60,980 nt of DNA from Pelomyxa schiedti (lineage: Eukaryota; Protista; Evosea). Below are positions 24,510 through 37,600 of the stretch, in pieces. Where the stretch lies: positions 1 to 60,980 of the forward strand of contig JAHLWZ010000313.1 in the NCBI GenBank assembly GCA_020536535.1. The letters run 5' to 3'. Below the pieces are notes generated by a model. It made no database searches and was not told where the DNA came from. It saw only the letters and a program-made list of their open reading frames with translations. The position numbers and the translations under genes are program-made. Position 1 is the stretch's first letter, and each line of letters starts with the position of its first letter.

Positions 24510-26358
24510 ATGAAGGGACGCGGAACCAAGGAAGCGCAAGCGGCGTCGGCGCGCAGCAGCGGGGGCGACCGCACCACGTCGGCCCGAGCCAGGCGCGGGA
24601 GGAGGGCCGGGGGGACGGGGGCGCTGGGCGCGGGGTGCGCGTGGGCCGCGGCGCTGTTCTGCGTCTGCGCGGCGGTGAGCGCGGCGCTGGGGGAGGAGGA
24701 GCCGCCCTACATGGACGAGGTGTTCCACGTGCGCCAGACGTGGCGCTACTGCCGGCTGGAGGTCTCCGCCTCGCACTGGGACGACAAGATCACGACCCTC
24801 CCCGGGCTCTACGCCCTCGGCGCCCCCGCGGCCCTCGCCTGGGGCTCCCTGCAGTGCCTCCTCTCCTCGGTGCTGTGGGCCCCCTCTCCCGGCGGTGGCG
24901 ACTCACCGTTGCGCGGGTCTTCGAATTCATCATGGGCGTCGTCGCTGGTGGAATGTGCGTGCGACGTTGGGGCGAGGCCGCGTGTTTTGAGGCTGGTGTC
25001 GTGTTGTTTTGGAATTTTGCTATTCCCTGTGCTGGTGGCTATTTTGCACCGATTGGACCCAAGTGCTAAAACGTCTATGATCGTACCAAAAGTGCGTAGC
25101 TCAGTTGGTTTTCGTTTCGTTTCTTTTCTTTTCTTATCTGTGATTTTTGGATTCACCGAACAGCAGGTTCTATCTTGTTGCTTGTTTCCACCTCTTTTTT
25201 TCTTCAACTTCTTGTACTATACTGATACGGGGTCTATTCTATTCGTCTGCCTCAGTTACTTGTTTTCTCTCAAGGAGGCATACCTAATGAGTGCAATTGT
25301 GTGCTATTGCCTCTTTCATTCTTTATTGGAACAAACTCAAGATAGGAGCACTTGCCGTTTTTTTCCGTCAAAATAACATAATATGGGTAGTATTCATCGC
25401 TGGTGAAGCTTGTATAAGAATATCACATGAAAAAGGTATGGAGGCTTGTTGGCAAGAGAAACCTTACTTCTGCCCAGAATTATTGCCATTCTTCATGTGG
25501 GCTGTTAAAAATATTCCCGAAATTGTGAAAAAGTTCTGGGCTCATGCCCTTCTTGGAGTGGCGTTTGCAGCATTCGTGGTCATCAATGGAGGCATAGTTG
25601 TTGGTACAGCCCTTGGACTAAACATCCTCTTAACCCTAACTTAGGTGATAGATCTCATCACGTGGTGGCTTTCCACTTTGCGCAGTTTCTGTATTTCTCT
25701 TTGATAGCAGCCGTGACCCTCATTCCCAGCACACTTTTCCTTGTGGATTGGTCCACATTATGGGCCAGAACAAGAACCAAGCACCAGGGTAACTCAGTCA
25801 AGCAGTATTTACTTTGGGCTGTAGTAGCATCAGCACTGACTATATTGTTTACTTTCTTGGTGAAGAATTATACGTAAGTCATACAGATGCGAAAACAACC
25901 GCTAAAATTCCACAAAAAAGGTTTGTTCATCCTTTCATTCTTGCAGACAATAGGCACTACACATTTTACATCTGGAAAGACTTATTTGTCAAGTATGAGT
26001 ACTTCAAGTACTCTCTAGTCCCTTTTTACGTAGCATCGTTTTTCTTCCTCCACTGGCTTTTAAAACGTACAGAAGCTTACCACCAATTGAATGTGACCCG
26101 TTTATAGGAAGTCTATCCTACTCCTGGATTCTGCTGTATGTCTTGTGTGCTTCCTGTGTGCTGGTGACATCAACCCTGGTGGAAATGAGATACTTTGTGA
26201 CTCCCATGGTCATACTTCACCTGCGCGTTCACAAATCCAACAAAGGAACCTGGATGGAAGTTGCATGCTACCTGTGCATCAATTCCCTTACTATAGCTAT
26301 GTTCGCATTGCATCCGTTTACATGGCCTGATGGATCCACCGCACGATTCATGTGGTAA
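24510..26358 (+). CDS. ALG10: Alpha-1,2-glucosyltransferase ALG10/DIE2
   Basis: PYMDEVFHV.Q..YC, WDDKITTLPGLY, FLYYTD, FRQNNIIW, NGGIVVGD, HPFILADNRHYTFY, C-terminal RFMW. Confidence 0.96.
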
Positions 26359-26599
26359 ACAATCTTGTTCTACAGCATAAGAATCAACTTTTTGTGCCTT
26401 TGGTACCTGGGAGAATAAAAGATGCCACAGACCAGTGCGACTGAGGGATCGAAAAGCTGTGCCTTCGTCAGTCGTTGACTTCCTAGAAGCAGATCTTCTT
26501 CACAACGCGTTGTTGTTCCTACTGTCGAGGTACCTACTTCTAGTCGTACGCGCAATACTCACTGTTATAGCGTCGTCAAGGAAACAGAGTTGTGGGAGC

Positions 26600-27700
26600 C
26601 CTGGCCGCGACGATGACGATACTTGGAAGACTACAAATACGTCAACCGCTACGTCGCTGAGCTGCTCAGTCCACGGACACATTTGCAACTGCAGAGAAGT
26701 CGGAACAAATTGTAAAACTTCTGCCGAATGTTGTGTACAGGTTCCACTTCCGCGTACTCTACGCGGCACACCAGCAGCACGGAATATAAGCTAGCCACCC
26801 TAGTACTCCACTATCTGGTAACAGGGTATGCATGGGAAAAAGGTGCGCAGCTGGGAAAAGACTGGAGGACTTCCACTACGGTTGGGAGGCGATGGTAGGC
26901 CTACTGAGAGCTGGAACAGAGATAAGGTTAACTGAGCACTATAATGGAGCCACGTTTTATTTGGGTTCCAATGGTGAACTGGCTCAGAATACACTCTTCT
27001 ACCCTGCAAATCCCCAGCACAAATCACTCCGGAGACACTTCAAAAACTCCGATGTTTCTTGTCTGTGCAACACAGTTGTCAAGCCAGGAACAAGAAATCC
27101 TGGGTCTCTTCTCCTCTCGCAAATTTTCGCGACATTCACTCTTTTTTTTTTTCATACAAGCTTTGATGTTGCACGGGCTTCATTAGGCAGAAAATAGCAG
27201 AAGAGCACGGTGACCCACCACTCTTGCAGGGCGAAACGCCAGTGGAGGATGAAACACCTGTGGCAGCACTACACTCAGCACTATGGATATTGAAAAAAGT
27301 TCATGTCAACCATGCGGTCATTCCAGGGGCGAGTACAACCTACAGCTTTTATTCTTGTGTCCCGGCAAGGCCTTCCTCCCAAGAACAACTTCAAGAAGCC
27401 TGGGAGAGCAAGCCGGCTGTTCTTGTGGCTATATCGCAGGATGACTTTGAGCTCCTCTATGGCCCAACACTTGCCACACAGGCACAGTTTATGCTGTCAC
27501 TTGGAGACCTGTCTGCAGTACCCCCTTCATTACAAGCACCAGCAAGGGCACACCCCAGAGAATCACCCCAGCTAGGTATCATCACTACTCGTTCAACAAG
27601 CTCTGCAACCATTCCATCAAGTGAGGCAGAAACAGTTACTAGAAAGAGGCCACCCACTTCGTCCAGGAAAAGAAGAACAACGGACCCCGCACCTATGACA
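26600..27700 (+). pseudogene. Degenerate Crinkler-type restriction-endonuclease-fold relic
   Basis: Fragments across frames: GKRLEDFHYGWEAM, LFYPANP/NHSGD, LF..RKFS, VLVAISQDDFELLYGPTLA. Confidence 0.35.
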
Positions 27701-27929
27701 CTGTACTTCTCTTTGGAACTCGAACTGACCCACAGACTTGGAGACCCACAGGCCCCTGTACTTACTTCATGTGTCAATGGCAAGCTACCTGGCACCACCG
27801 GTTGTTGTGTGACAACACATCTGTCAGTGATGGGTGAGGATGCACTCAAACTAGAGATCACTGGCATTGCCCCACAATTGCATTTCCCCACCGCCTCCCC
27901 CATCCCATCACAACCACGCACTGTTGTTG

Positions 27930-28070
27930 TGGAGCTCACCATCACTGGGGACCTCTCACCATTGCACACCGCAACTGTGGAGCTCCCAATGTTGACCACG
28001 ATTGCCGCGGACCTCACATTGTTGACTGCCGTCATCGTGGGACCCCCACTGTTGACCACCGCACTACCAC
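27930..28070 (+). repeat. Degenerate ~30-bp tandem repeat (about 4 units)
   Basis: ggacctctcaccattgcacaccgcaactgt / ggagctcccaatgttgaccacgattgccgc / ggacctcacattgttgactgccgtcatcgt / gggacccccactgttgaccaccgcactacc. Confidence 0.6.
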
Positions 28071-29929
28071 TAGCTCCGCAAGCACCATCAGCGCTACCGC
28101 TACGTCGCATGCCAAATGGGCCGATTCTGCTCATTGGTAGGCCTCCTACTCTTTGACTAGAAAATCTCACTATGTCGGGGGCAAGATAAATCCAGGTGAG
28201 GCCGTTATAGTTTCAGCCACAGGTAACAGTATTTCCACACCACAATCTACTAATATCTTCAGTCAGATGCGGGAGTTTTGTTCTTACCAACACCACGGAT
28301 GTTGTGCATTCATCCGTTAATGTTCAAATCAAATACAAGTGGAAGACTTAATTGGTTGACTGGACACCATGGGGACACGTATCTTCTTTGTCTTTCTTTT
28401 ACCGTTCTCCCATAGCGGCAGACCGACCTGTGGAGACAGCAGCACAAAGCACGGGAACTCCTTCTCCCCCTTTGAACTCTGTCTCCCCTTACACTCATAG
28501 CTCATTTCACGTGCACCATAATATGGTACTACCTAATTCCCTTCTGTGCCTGCCTTTTCACTTGAGCTTACAAAGGAAAACTTGTTCATTCAAGAACACC
28601 AGTTGGACGACCACAACTAATTCCTGTAGGAAAAAAAAAAGTGTTTTTTCTTTTTTTATTCTGACCAGGAACAAAGGGTGTTACCGACTGGATGGCGTGA
28701 AATTTGAGTAAATGCCGCCTGTGATTGTCTGCGTCACACTGCATCAGATATGCATCTGAATCATACAAGCCTGCAAACAGGAGTTTGGGTTTGTCATAAT
28801 CCGTCAAGTTCAGCTTCACAATTCTCCCCGCTGGGATTGAGAGTGCTCTCTGGTGGAAACGGCCTAAGCAAAGTGAGTGTAAATTAATTGTTGGCTGAAC
28901 CTACTGGGTTTGAAGACTGCCCGATTTTGCTTTTGCTGTAGAATTGAGAGTGCTTGAATTGAATCACCGCTTCCCAAATATATTCCCATCCATCCCTCAG
29001 TGTGTAGCACATCGCAACCTCGCTCAGTATCGCACGCCAACCACCGCACTCCAGACACTCTACGACAACGCACAGTGCAACACAGCACCCATGTAAGATC
29101 TGCCTTGTGTAGCGGTATCGTCTCTGCTACCATCTCCGCTGTAGTTGTTGTTTTTTTTTTGTAATCATGGTTTAATTTAACTTTGTTTGCGGAAAAACAA
29201 AAAAAAAGGGAAGTTAGAATTTTAGATTTTCGCCTGTTGGGAAGTTCCCAGGGTCTGAGGAACCAATCACCAATCTGAACTGGAGTAGCAGGACTGAATC
29301 TGAAGTGGAGGACCAGGACGGACTCTATTGGTTGCCAAAGGGCCTCGGCCTGGAGGCGATACTACCCGAAAAATGAGCACACCAGCGGACACGAGTGGGG
29401 CGACAGCCAAGACTTTGAGTTTGCGGGATTTGATTTTCCACTTTATCACGTCCACCGTGTGTTATTTCGTACAACGAACGCGTCTTAATTGAGCCCTTGT
29501 TTGCAATGCCTGTTGAGTGGTGACGTATCAATGTGTTTGACTATATCCACCTGAGAACTGTGCAGTGCGGTGTTGGAAGTGACTGCTGCTTATGGGCTTG
29601 GGTCGTTTATCGTCGTTGCGTTACCACTGCTCGCGGAGTTTACACTGGTCACCGTCACACCATCTGTCAACATTGCCATGCAAGTTTTTTTGTTTTTAAT
29701 ACAAAACTTCGGCTGCACAGAAGCAAGTTCCGCCCCAAACGAAAGGAAACAAAGTGGGTAAAGCAAAGCGTTTCAAAACGGATGCAAAAGCGTTTAAAAG
29801 ACTTATCACGGGTGCGTGGGTGCGTTTAACAGATCCGATTAAAACCCCGGATCGTTCGGCTAACAAGTTGTTGTAAAGCCAAAAAAATAAAACCCTAGTT
29901 CTCTACAAAGGAATAAACAACTAAGTCGG

Positions 29930-31668
29930 ATGGTGGTTACTGGAGGCCGAGGTTGCCGTCGCGTTCGTGCTGTGTCGGTGTTTCGGCAGCCCCTCGTGTT
30001 GCTCGTTGCTGTTGTTTTTGCAGCGATCATTAGGACGGCGCAGTGTGGCACGGGGTGGTGCGACGCCGACGCGTGCGGCGCCCTGTCCGGCGACGGTAAC
30101 TGTGACATGCTTTGCTACTCCGATGATTGCGATTATGACGGAGGAGACTGTGAAACTACTGGTTGGGTGGACCTTTTCTCAAACAAGCCAACACAAAAAC
30201 CCCACAAGAGCCGTTTCGCGAAAATAAAGCCGGATGAATTCAATTGTTGTTAATAGAGACACTTTATAGATTTTTGCCACCCTGGATGCTTTGCGGCTGA
30301 CATACAGGATGGCATTTGTGATATCTACTGCTACACGCAAACGTGTATATGGGATGGAGGTGACTGCGACTCTGATTGTGGAGACTGGGGATGTGATTAC
30401 AATTATTACGGTGACGGACATTGTGATCCAGTGTGTGCTACAAGCAGTTGTGACTGGGATGGAGGCGATTGCGGTACTACTTTATAAAAGCAACTGCAAA
30501 CTCGTCCTTACGTTGATCCAGAAAAGTTCCATTGTGCTCCAGGCTGTGAAGGTGGCTGGGTTGGAGATAAACACTGCGATTCGGCTTGCTGGGTTCCTGC
30601 TTGTGACGATGATGGTGGAGACTGTGAATGTAATACCTTTTATTTCCCACGAGTAATCTTTCAACTAAGAAAAAAATAACACAGTTATGTGCTCGGAATC
30701 ATGTAACCAGTGGGACCTTGGCGATGGCTACTGTGACTATGGTTGTTATGTTGAAATCTGTAACTGGGATGATGGAGATTGTACTGGTTTCATTCAGTCA
30801 TGTCAATGAAGTTTGACTTTGTATAACAGAGTACGCTGCTAATTATTGCTCTTTCCCCGATTGTCTTTCACTGTCTGTTGGAAACGGTGTTTGTGATGAT
30901 TTATGCTACAATTCACTCTGTGACTATGATGGGGGTGACTGTGGTAGGCTCTGTTTCAAATCAAACAAAAATATGTCTGCTTCATTCAAGTTGATATCCT
31001 CTAGATTCCGTGTTTTGTTCCTCCGAGTGCTATAACTCCAGTGTTGGAGATGGCATATGTGATTTACCCTGTAATGTAACTGACTGTGACTTTGATGATG
31101 GCGATTGTGACTTTCAATATGCTTATATTGAAGGAGTCTTCCAAGATTCAGAATGCCAGACTGCTGTATCGTTGTCAGTTACTCTAGTGGTGGAGTGTCC
31201 TACTGGAGTGGATTCTTCCCTTGAATGTGATAGTACCACAAATGAGGGGATAGTGTGTATAGATCCTGCTGACTTCCAAAGCCAACTTATATCCTGGGGC
31301 ACAGGGTATTTTCTTTTACTCATTTACAGCGTTTTCGGCCTAATTTACCCCTCAGGTTTGTACAGGACGGGCTGTGGTCCAACAGTGCCTGCGCCGGGCT
31401 GCCATATTATGCTGAATACTACTCAACTGGCTGCGTTATGATTTCCAATAACGTTTGGGGATACACAGAGGTAGCCCATGATGTTCTAGTGCCCTGGATG
31501 TGCACTGATTTTGAGTGCAATAATTGTGTGACACTGGAGACTGAAATTCGTGAAGTCGAAGGCACTTGTGTGACCAATGGATTTATTTCCAGCATGACAA
31601 GTAGTGCCCCAACACTCCTTGTTGGTTGTTGTGCCATTATGATGGCACTTTTTGTGGTGCTAATGTAG
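29930..31668 (+). CDS. Secreted surface protein with 7 LNR (Lin12/Notch) repeats and C-terminal hydrophobic (GPI/TM) tail
   Basis: Seven C..gC....GDG.CD..C....C.(W/Y/F)DGGDC units; N-terminal signal; terminal LLVGCCAIMMALFVVLM. Confidence 0.9.
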
Positions 31669-31768
31669 ATGAAAATAATTTTCCTTTTTTTTACCTTACA
31701 AATACTCCAATAAATGGAAATACAGGTTTGAAAAAAGCGTACAACAATTTTTTTCTTTTAGTTTGAGC

Positions 31769-34450
31769 CTAGGAGTTACTTACACTCGTATTAGTTGTGT
31801 TTGTGGGCTCATCTTCATTATACTCGTCTCTGTATGCATTGGAATCGTAACTGTAGCATTCACCATAAGCTTCTATCTCTTCTTGTGTTGGCGATATTAC
31901 TGTGGTGCTGGGAGCGGCTGTTGGATGCGTTGGGGAGTGTTGCTGGTCAAGAGTAACACTTGGGATTTGAGGTGGTGGCATCGGTATTGGCATTGGTGTT
32001 GGTTGTGCAAGAAGGTGTGCTGGTGTTGCGATGGTTGTGGGTGTAGAAGGCACCTGCTTCCGAGGTGGTGTGGCGGGATTGTTTGTCGTGCTAGCTTGTT
32101 GTTGAGTTGTGTTGGTTGGTGTTCCAGGAGTCTTTTGTGACTTGGATTTTACTGGAAGCAATGTGGAAGGTGGAGGACGTAATGGTCGATTTGGAGCTGG
32201 TGAAAGTAAAGGGGAGATAATGGAACCTGAAAGCCCAGGAAAGGACTTGTCTCCAATAACTACAAAAAAAGTTAAATATGGATAATGGTGAGAGCTTACT
32301 TCACCTTTGCCTTTGGCAATTAGAGGCGCAGCCCCTTTCCAGGCATCAGTTGATACCCACAACTCAAAAAATTTCCCTTGAACTTGATGTTGGCACCAAA
32401 CACGGGCTTTATCGAACACTGTTGCTGTCACTACTTTTCGGTCAGCGCTTTCCCGATTATTTCCACCAGGTAAAGACCCGGAGGAGTTTAGAGTTGCAAG
32501 TATACCAGAGGATGCTAGCGAAGGTGGTGGGGGTGGGTGAGGAGTAGGGGCTGATATTGGAAGTGGGGCTGGCATCGAGGGGACAGTGGAGTCTGTGATA
32601 ACATGTTCGGAAGCAGAGGCAGTTGTACTTGCCTCGGAGGGAAATAATCTCGTATACAAGTCCTCCCTAATCGACATGGGCAACTGATTAATAGGTTCTT
32701 GGGCTTCAAGCTCTTTAAATGGGATATATTTTCGGAATAAGTGGCACGCTTGGGCTCGCATTGCCTTTTTACACATTAAAACGAATTCTCTGAAGCAAGG
32801 TAGTACCTCAGGTGATAGAAGCTTGTTGTTGGCAAAATCCTCAAGTTCTTGGGAAAAATGGGCAAAATTTTGTAGGCCCAATGCTCTTAGATAATCCACA
32901 AATCTAAAGCAGTTAGACAACTAATAGCTATTCAGATACCTGCTCCGCAAAAAAGGATTTCTCATGGTTTGTTCAAAGGTAGGGGCAGTATCACCATCAA
33001 ATTCTTGCTTTTCGCCAGGCTGTGGAGAAAATGTGAACTGTGTGTCTAGTTCTTTAGGGAACTCACGACTGTCGGCCTTTGAACGATAATTGATCTTCTG
33101 GAATTCTTCAAATTTACACGTGTAACTTGACTATTAGCAGACATAGCAGGTACACCTTCCCAGCACCCAAATAAACTACACCATTTCCCGTATATAGTTT
33201 GCAACTGCTGGAAGGCATCATCTATTTCACAATTAGGTTGGCAACCGTGTGAAGAAAAACCTTGCACTTGAAGAAACATTGTAGGCTTGAAACCTACTAA
33301 GCTTGCAGAGTCATAAATAAGTTTACCGATCGGTATTCTCCTGTCTTCTTTGATTGGGACGAAGTTAGCTGTCCCTGGCTTGAGATATTTTTCAAATATT
33401 TCTTTTGCCCCTTTCTTCAGTTCCTAAATATATGTAAATGCCCTCTTCGGTGCAGAATAAGAAACTTAACAGATGGCGGAGTTGAAGATGGCTGTATGGA
33501 GAACTGTTCAAGTGCCTCCCATAAACAAAGTGCTGATAGCATGTGTGGATCCAATGTTGTTAAATACTTTTTGAATGTCCTGTGCAGCCCTGGGTTTCCA
33601 AGAGTGACTGCAAGAGACGGGGGCCGGGGATTCCTAGTCTTGACACCGCTTAGGAGGAGAAAATTATATGGAATACTCATACAGGAGGTGGTGGGACTAC
33701 AGGTGCAGGACAAGGAGCTCGTGCCACTTCTTTAACCGGCTCAGATTCTTGCGTTTTGGTTTTGACAGTATTTTGGTATGTTTGGTGAAATAAAGGGGAA
33801 GTACTTGGGGCCCATTCAACAGACTTTAGCCATCTTGGAAATGAGTGACATAACAAGAGGCTGTGGGCTTCTGTTTGTGCTTCAAAGAGAAGTTGCTCTT
33901 CCACTGCCAGGGCACCTACTTCGGCTGGAGGAGCAGTACTGCCAAGTGGAAATGTTTCCAAAGAAATCTCCATGCTCCGAGAGATATGCCCCGGGAGATT
34001 GACTTCAAATTCAGCGTCGGGTTTGATATATAGTTCATAAATTCTCTTTATCTCGTCTCGTAGAACCTTGCAAAGAACTGTTTGGTTACGCACAAGTCAA
34101 GATAGAAAGAAAAACAAAAAGGTCATCCATTTAAAATACCGTTGGGGAAGAACCCATTTGAGAGAGTTTCTTGTACCCCTCAACCTCGTTCCACAAAATG
34201 AGGCTCTCTTCAGCATACTCGCTCTCTAAGAATTCTCCAAAGTGCTGCTGAAGTTCAGGAGACCCCAAGGTTTGTTTCAAAGTTGGGGCCTCACACTCTG
34301 GTTTTTCATAGTATGAATAATTACACTCATACGGGTTGGGTTGAATTGAAAACGAGAACAAACGTCGAGCACGTAAAGACACACAAAACAACCCCAAAGA
34401 CCGTACTTGGTTTCCACGGTGTCGTGGTGGTACCCTTCATTTCAAGGTTT
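31769..34450 (-). CDS. Regulator of G-protein signalling with three RGS domains and P/T-rich tail (start approximate)
   Basis: RGS1 HFGEFLESEYAEESLILWNEVEGYK..IYELYI....EVNL..SFPRW; RGS2 FKKYL..LCLWEALEQF..IFEKYL; RGS3 FVDYL..FSQELEDF..LFRKYI. Confidence 0.85.
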
Positions 34451-34653
34451 ATTTTTTATTATTTCTGTTTTGACTGCTCGAGCACAAAAAGAGTATATAA
34501 CCATACCAGGAAACTGGCACCATTCCCCTGCTTTAATGTGCCATTGTTTCACCGGCAGATCTGGGATCTTGAAATTTTTTTTGAGGAACAAACAAAAATA
34601 AAAAATTTGAACGCGAAACGCTGGGCCTGTGTCGTCGTGCCGTGTCCATAATC

Positions 34654-37600
34654 ATGGAGAAAAGACGAGAGATCCAATGGGGAGATGCACGGAAGGTGCC
34701 TTTGTGTACGCCAGGAGGGTCTTGTTGAAGATAGTCGTTGCCGTTGTTTTGATGCTCACGACTACTTCTATGCTTGTTTGCCACAAACTGGCGATACTGG
34801 CCTTGTGTTCGCTAGCTGCAGTTTGTTATTGCCTGCTTTTTTTTTTTGTGGTTTTTGTCTCATCAGAGACTGGAGGGGAAGGAAGGATTCCACGTTGGAG
34901 GGATGATGACTCTTTCTGGTTCCGGGCCTGTGCTCAGTTTAATAGCTTCGCTCTTTCAGATAAAACGTAGGACTTTCTCTGATTACTCCTTCAAGGTTTT
35001 CTTGCTCTTATTCATGGTTTTTTTTCTTACAACAGCAGCATTCTATACGGGCCTCACTCGAAGGGTCAGTGGAAGCAATATCGTGTTCATTTTTCATTGT
35101 CGGAGTGATGGTTGCTGCAGAAGAAGACAGTGACGGTGGCGGATTCATATTAATGTCGGCACTCTCTTCCAGTTCTCTGGTGCCCTCATTTTCCGCATGT
35201 GTGATATCTCTTGTTCGAAGAATTGGACAGTGTAATCCTGCACACACTTGGCAGGATTCCTTACTTTTTGGTACTCATCTTTTAGGATTTGTAATTCAAG
35301 TATGTGGACGATAACATCCCTATAAATTGAAGAGGCACAGATTTCAGGGATCGTGTTGATGTCTGTTAAGTCAACGATACCGTGGATATTGCCAATTCAT
35401 TTTCTTCTTGTAAGTGCTTCGCAATGGGGAGCCCTTGTGACATGGGGGTCCCGAAATAGCAGCGGAAATCCAATTTTCCAGGAGCAGGCAGGTCACCTGT
35501 ATAATTTGGCCCACCAAGGCTCCAAGGTACCAAGAATTCCTCACTTGATTTGCTCAAAGCACAAAGATTTGTGTTTTAAGCATGGCGATACCTTTTCTTC
35601 ACTGGATGTTTTACCAAGATATTCCAGTCTTCAAGCTGAACAAAGATGTCGGGTTATGTATTATTGTTGCGGGGGTCTGTGCTGTTTTTAGTACTTTACT
35701 ATGCTGGGTGGCCTGCAAAGCACGAATGCAGGTTTTCATATTCACGAGCATACTCCAGTTCATGACATTCTAAACAAGATCTTTTGTTTTTCGATCCCGA
35801 TACTTCTTTGTGCACCTCTTTCTTTTTTCGCTTTTGTTGGACTATGCCTTTTACCAAACATCTTGCCCTCCATAACGTTTAATGTATTATGCCCTCTTTG
35901 CAAATACTTACTCATGAGTAACTTTACTTACAGTGTCCGTCTTTTTATGAGCTGGCGCAGTTTATAGGACCTGGTCTGCTTTTTTTCGGTTCCGCTATTT
36001 CAACAGGTGAGCTGCTATGCCAATACTTGCCCCCTCTGGTGTCAAATTCTGCTTCCTGTGAGCAGGTAGGGCTTCTCCAACTTATTACATCTCATTTACC
36101 TATTTTCTCAGATCTTAAATAAACCTTATTACTGCAGTATTGGAGTTGAACCAATCACGGTCCTGAATCGTTGCAATACAAGAACCGTGCTAAAGGATAA
36201 TAGCAATGGCGACTCATCTTCACAACAAATGGAGAGCGGTGATTGTAATAAGATCAGCAACCCCTTTTACGTCTATGTTTGTGTACCCTTGTACCACGAG
36301 ACTGAAGAAGAAATGTCATGTGCTTTAAAGTCCCTTACGCAGGTAGTGCAGCTTCTTCCCCTATTTTTTTGGAAGGGACACACTATCAACACGCCTTTAG
36401 TTGTACTTTTCTGATCTTCACTGTGAAGCACATGTGATGTTTGACAATAGTTTACTGGACAATGGAGACCCAAACACCTTTGCTCAACAGTTTATTGCCC
36501 TTGCTGCTAAGCTCAGTGTATCACCACCTTCCACCAAATCGACTGAATATGGGAAATGTACCACCTTTTTCCTTCGTGAGGGGCTGCCATTTTTTATTCA
36601 CTTCAAGGACTCTAGAATTGTATTTATTCTGAGTGTATTGGAAAAAAAACTTTCTCACTCATTGATACTAGGTGAAAAGGAACAAGAGATTTTCACAAAT
36701 TCTCTTTTTTTACATCCTACAAACCAGAAGGTGCAAACAGGTTTGTTGCTTACCATTGATAACCAAAAAAAAACGATTTAAATAAGAAAAATGAGAACTC
36801 ATTTTTGCTGATGGTTGATGGAGACACACGGTATGGAAAGAGATCAGTGAGGAAGTTATGCCTTCTTCTACAGAGTGATTCTACTTGCGCGGCTGTTTGT
36901 GGAAGAGTGTATGCTTTTGCAGTCAAAGGCTATCTCTCAAATAAATATAGGTTTCCTATCGGAAGTGGACTTCTGGCGTCATATCAAAAATTCGAGTATG
37001 CCTCAGGACACTGGTTACAGAAAAGTGCTGAAGATATTCTTGGAACTGTGTTGTGTTCCCCAGGATGTTTCACACTGGTAACTGTTGAACCATTTTGGGT
37101 TTTTGCGAAACATAACGTGAAAAGATGAAGACTGCAGCCCTTTTTGGGAGTGAGAATAGTGTTTCTGAGCAATACAGTTCCGATGCTCTTACTGCAGTGG
37201 ATGCTCTCACTCACGACCAAGGTGAAGACAGATGGCTCTCAACACTTTTAATCAAAACTGGTTGGAGGATCAGATACTGTTCAGTTGCAAAGGTGGGTTT
37301 TCTTTTTGAACTATAGTTGAGTTGACGAACATAAGGCAAAAACATTCTGCCCTACTACCTTTAAGGAGGCATGCTCCGATAAAAAAAACCGCATCATTAT
37401 CTTAAACACATTTAGTTTTTTCAGCAGAGAAGGCGGTGGATTACATCAACGCTATTCAACTTAGCTCTTGTATTGGCTAATGGTAGAGAAATTATAAAAA
37501 AGAATGATTCTGCTGGATGGCTCTATCTTCTGTACACTGCAGTGCTTTTACTATGTGCAATTCTCGGCCCAGCAACAACAATCATTATTTTCATAACGGT

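Noticed and set aside
28260-29830. Possible genes in short ORFs
   Set aside because: Stop-ridden with no recognisable motif; no product can be supported
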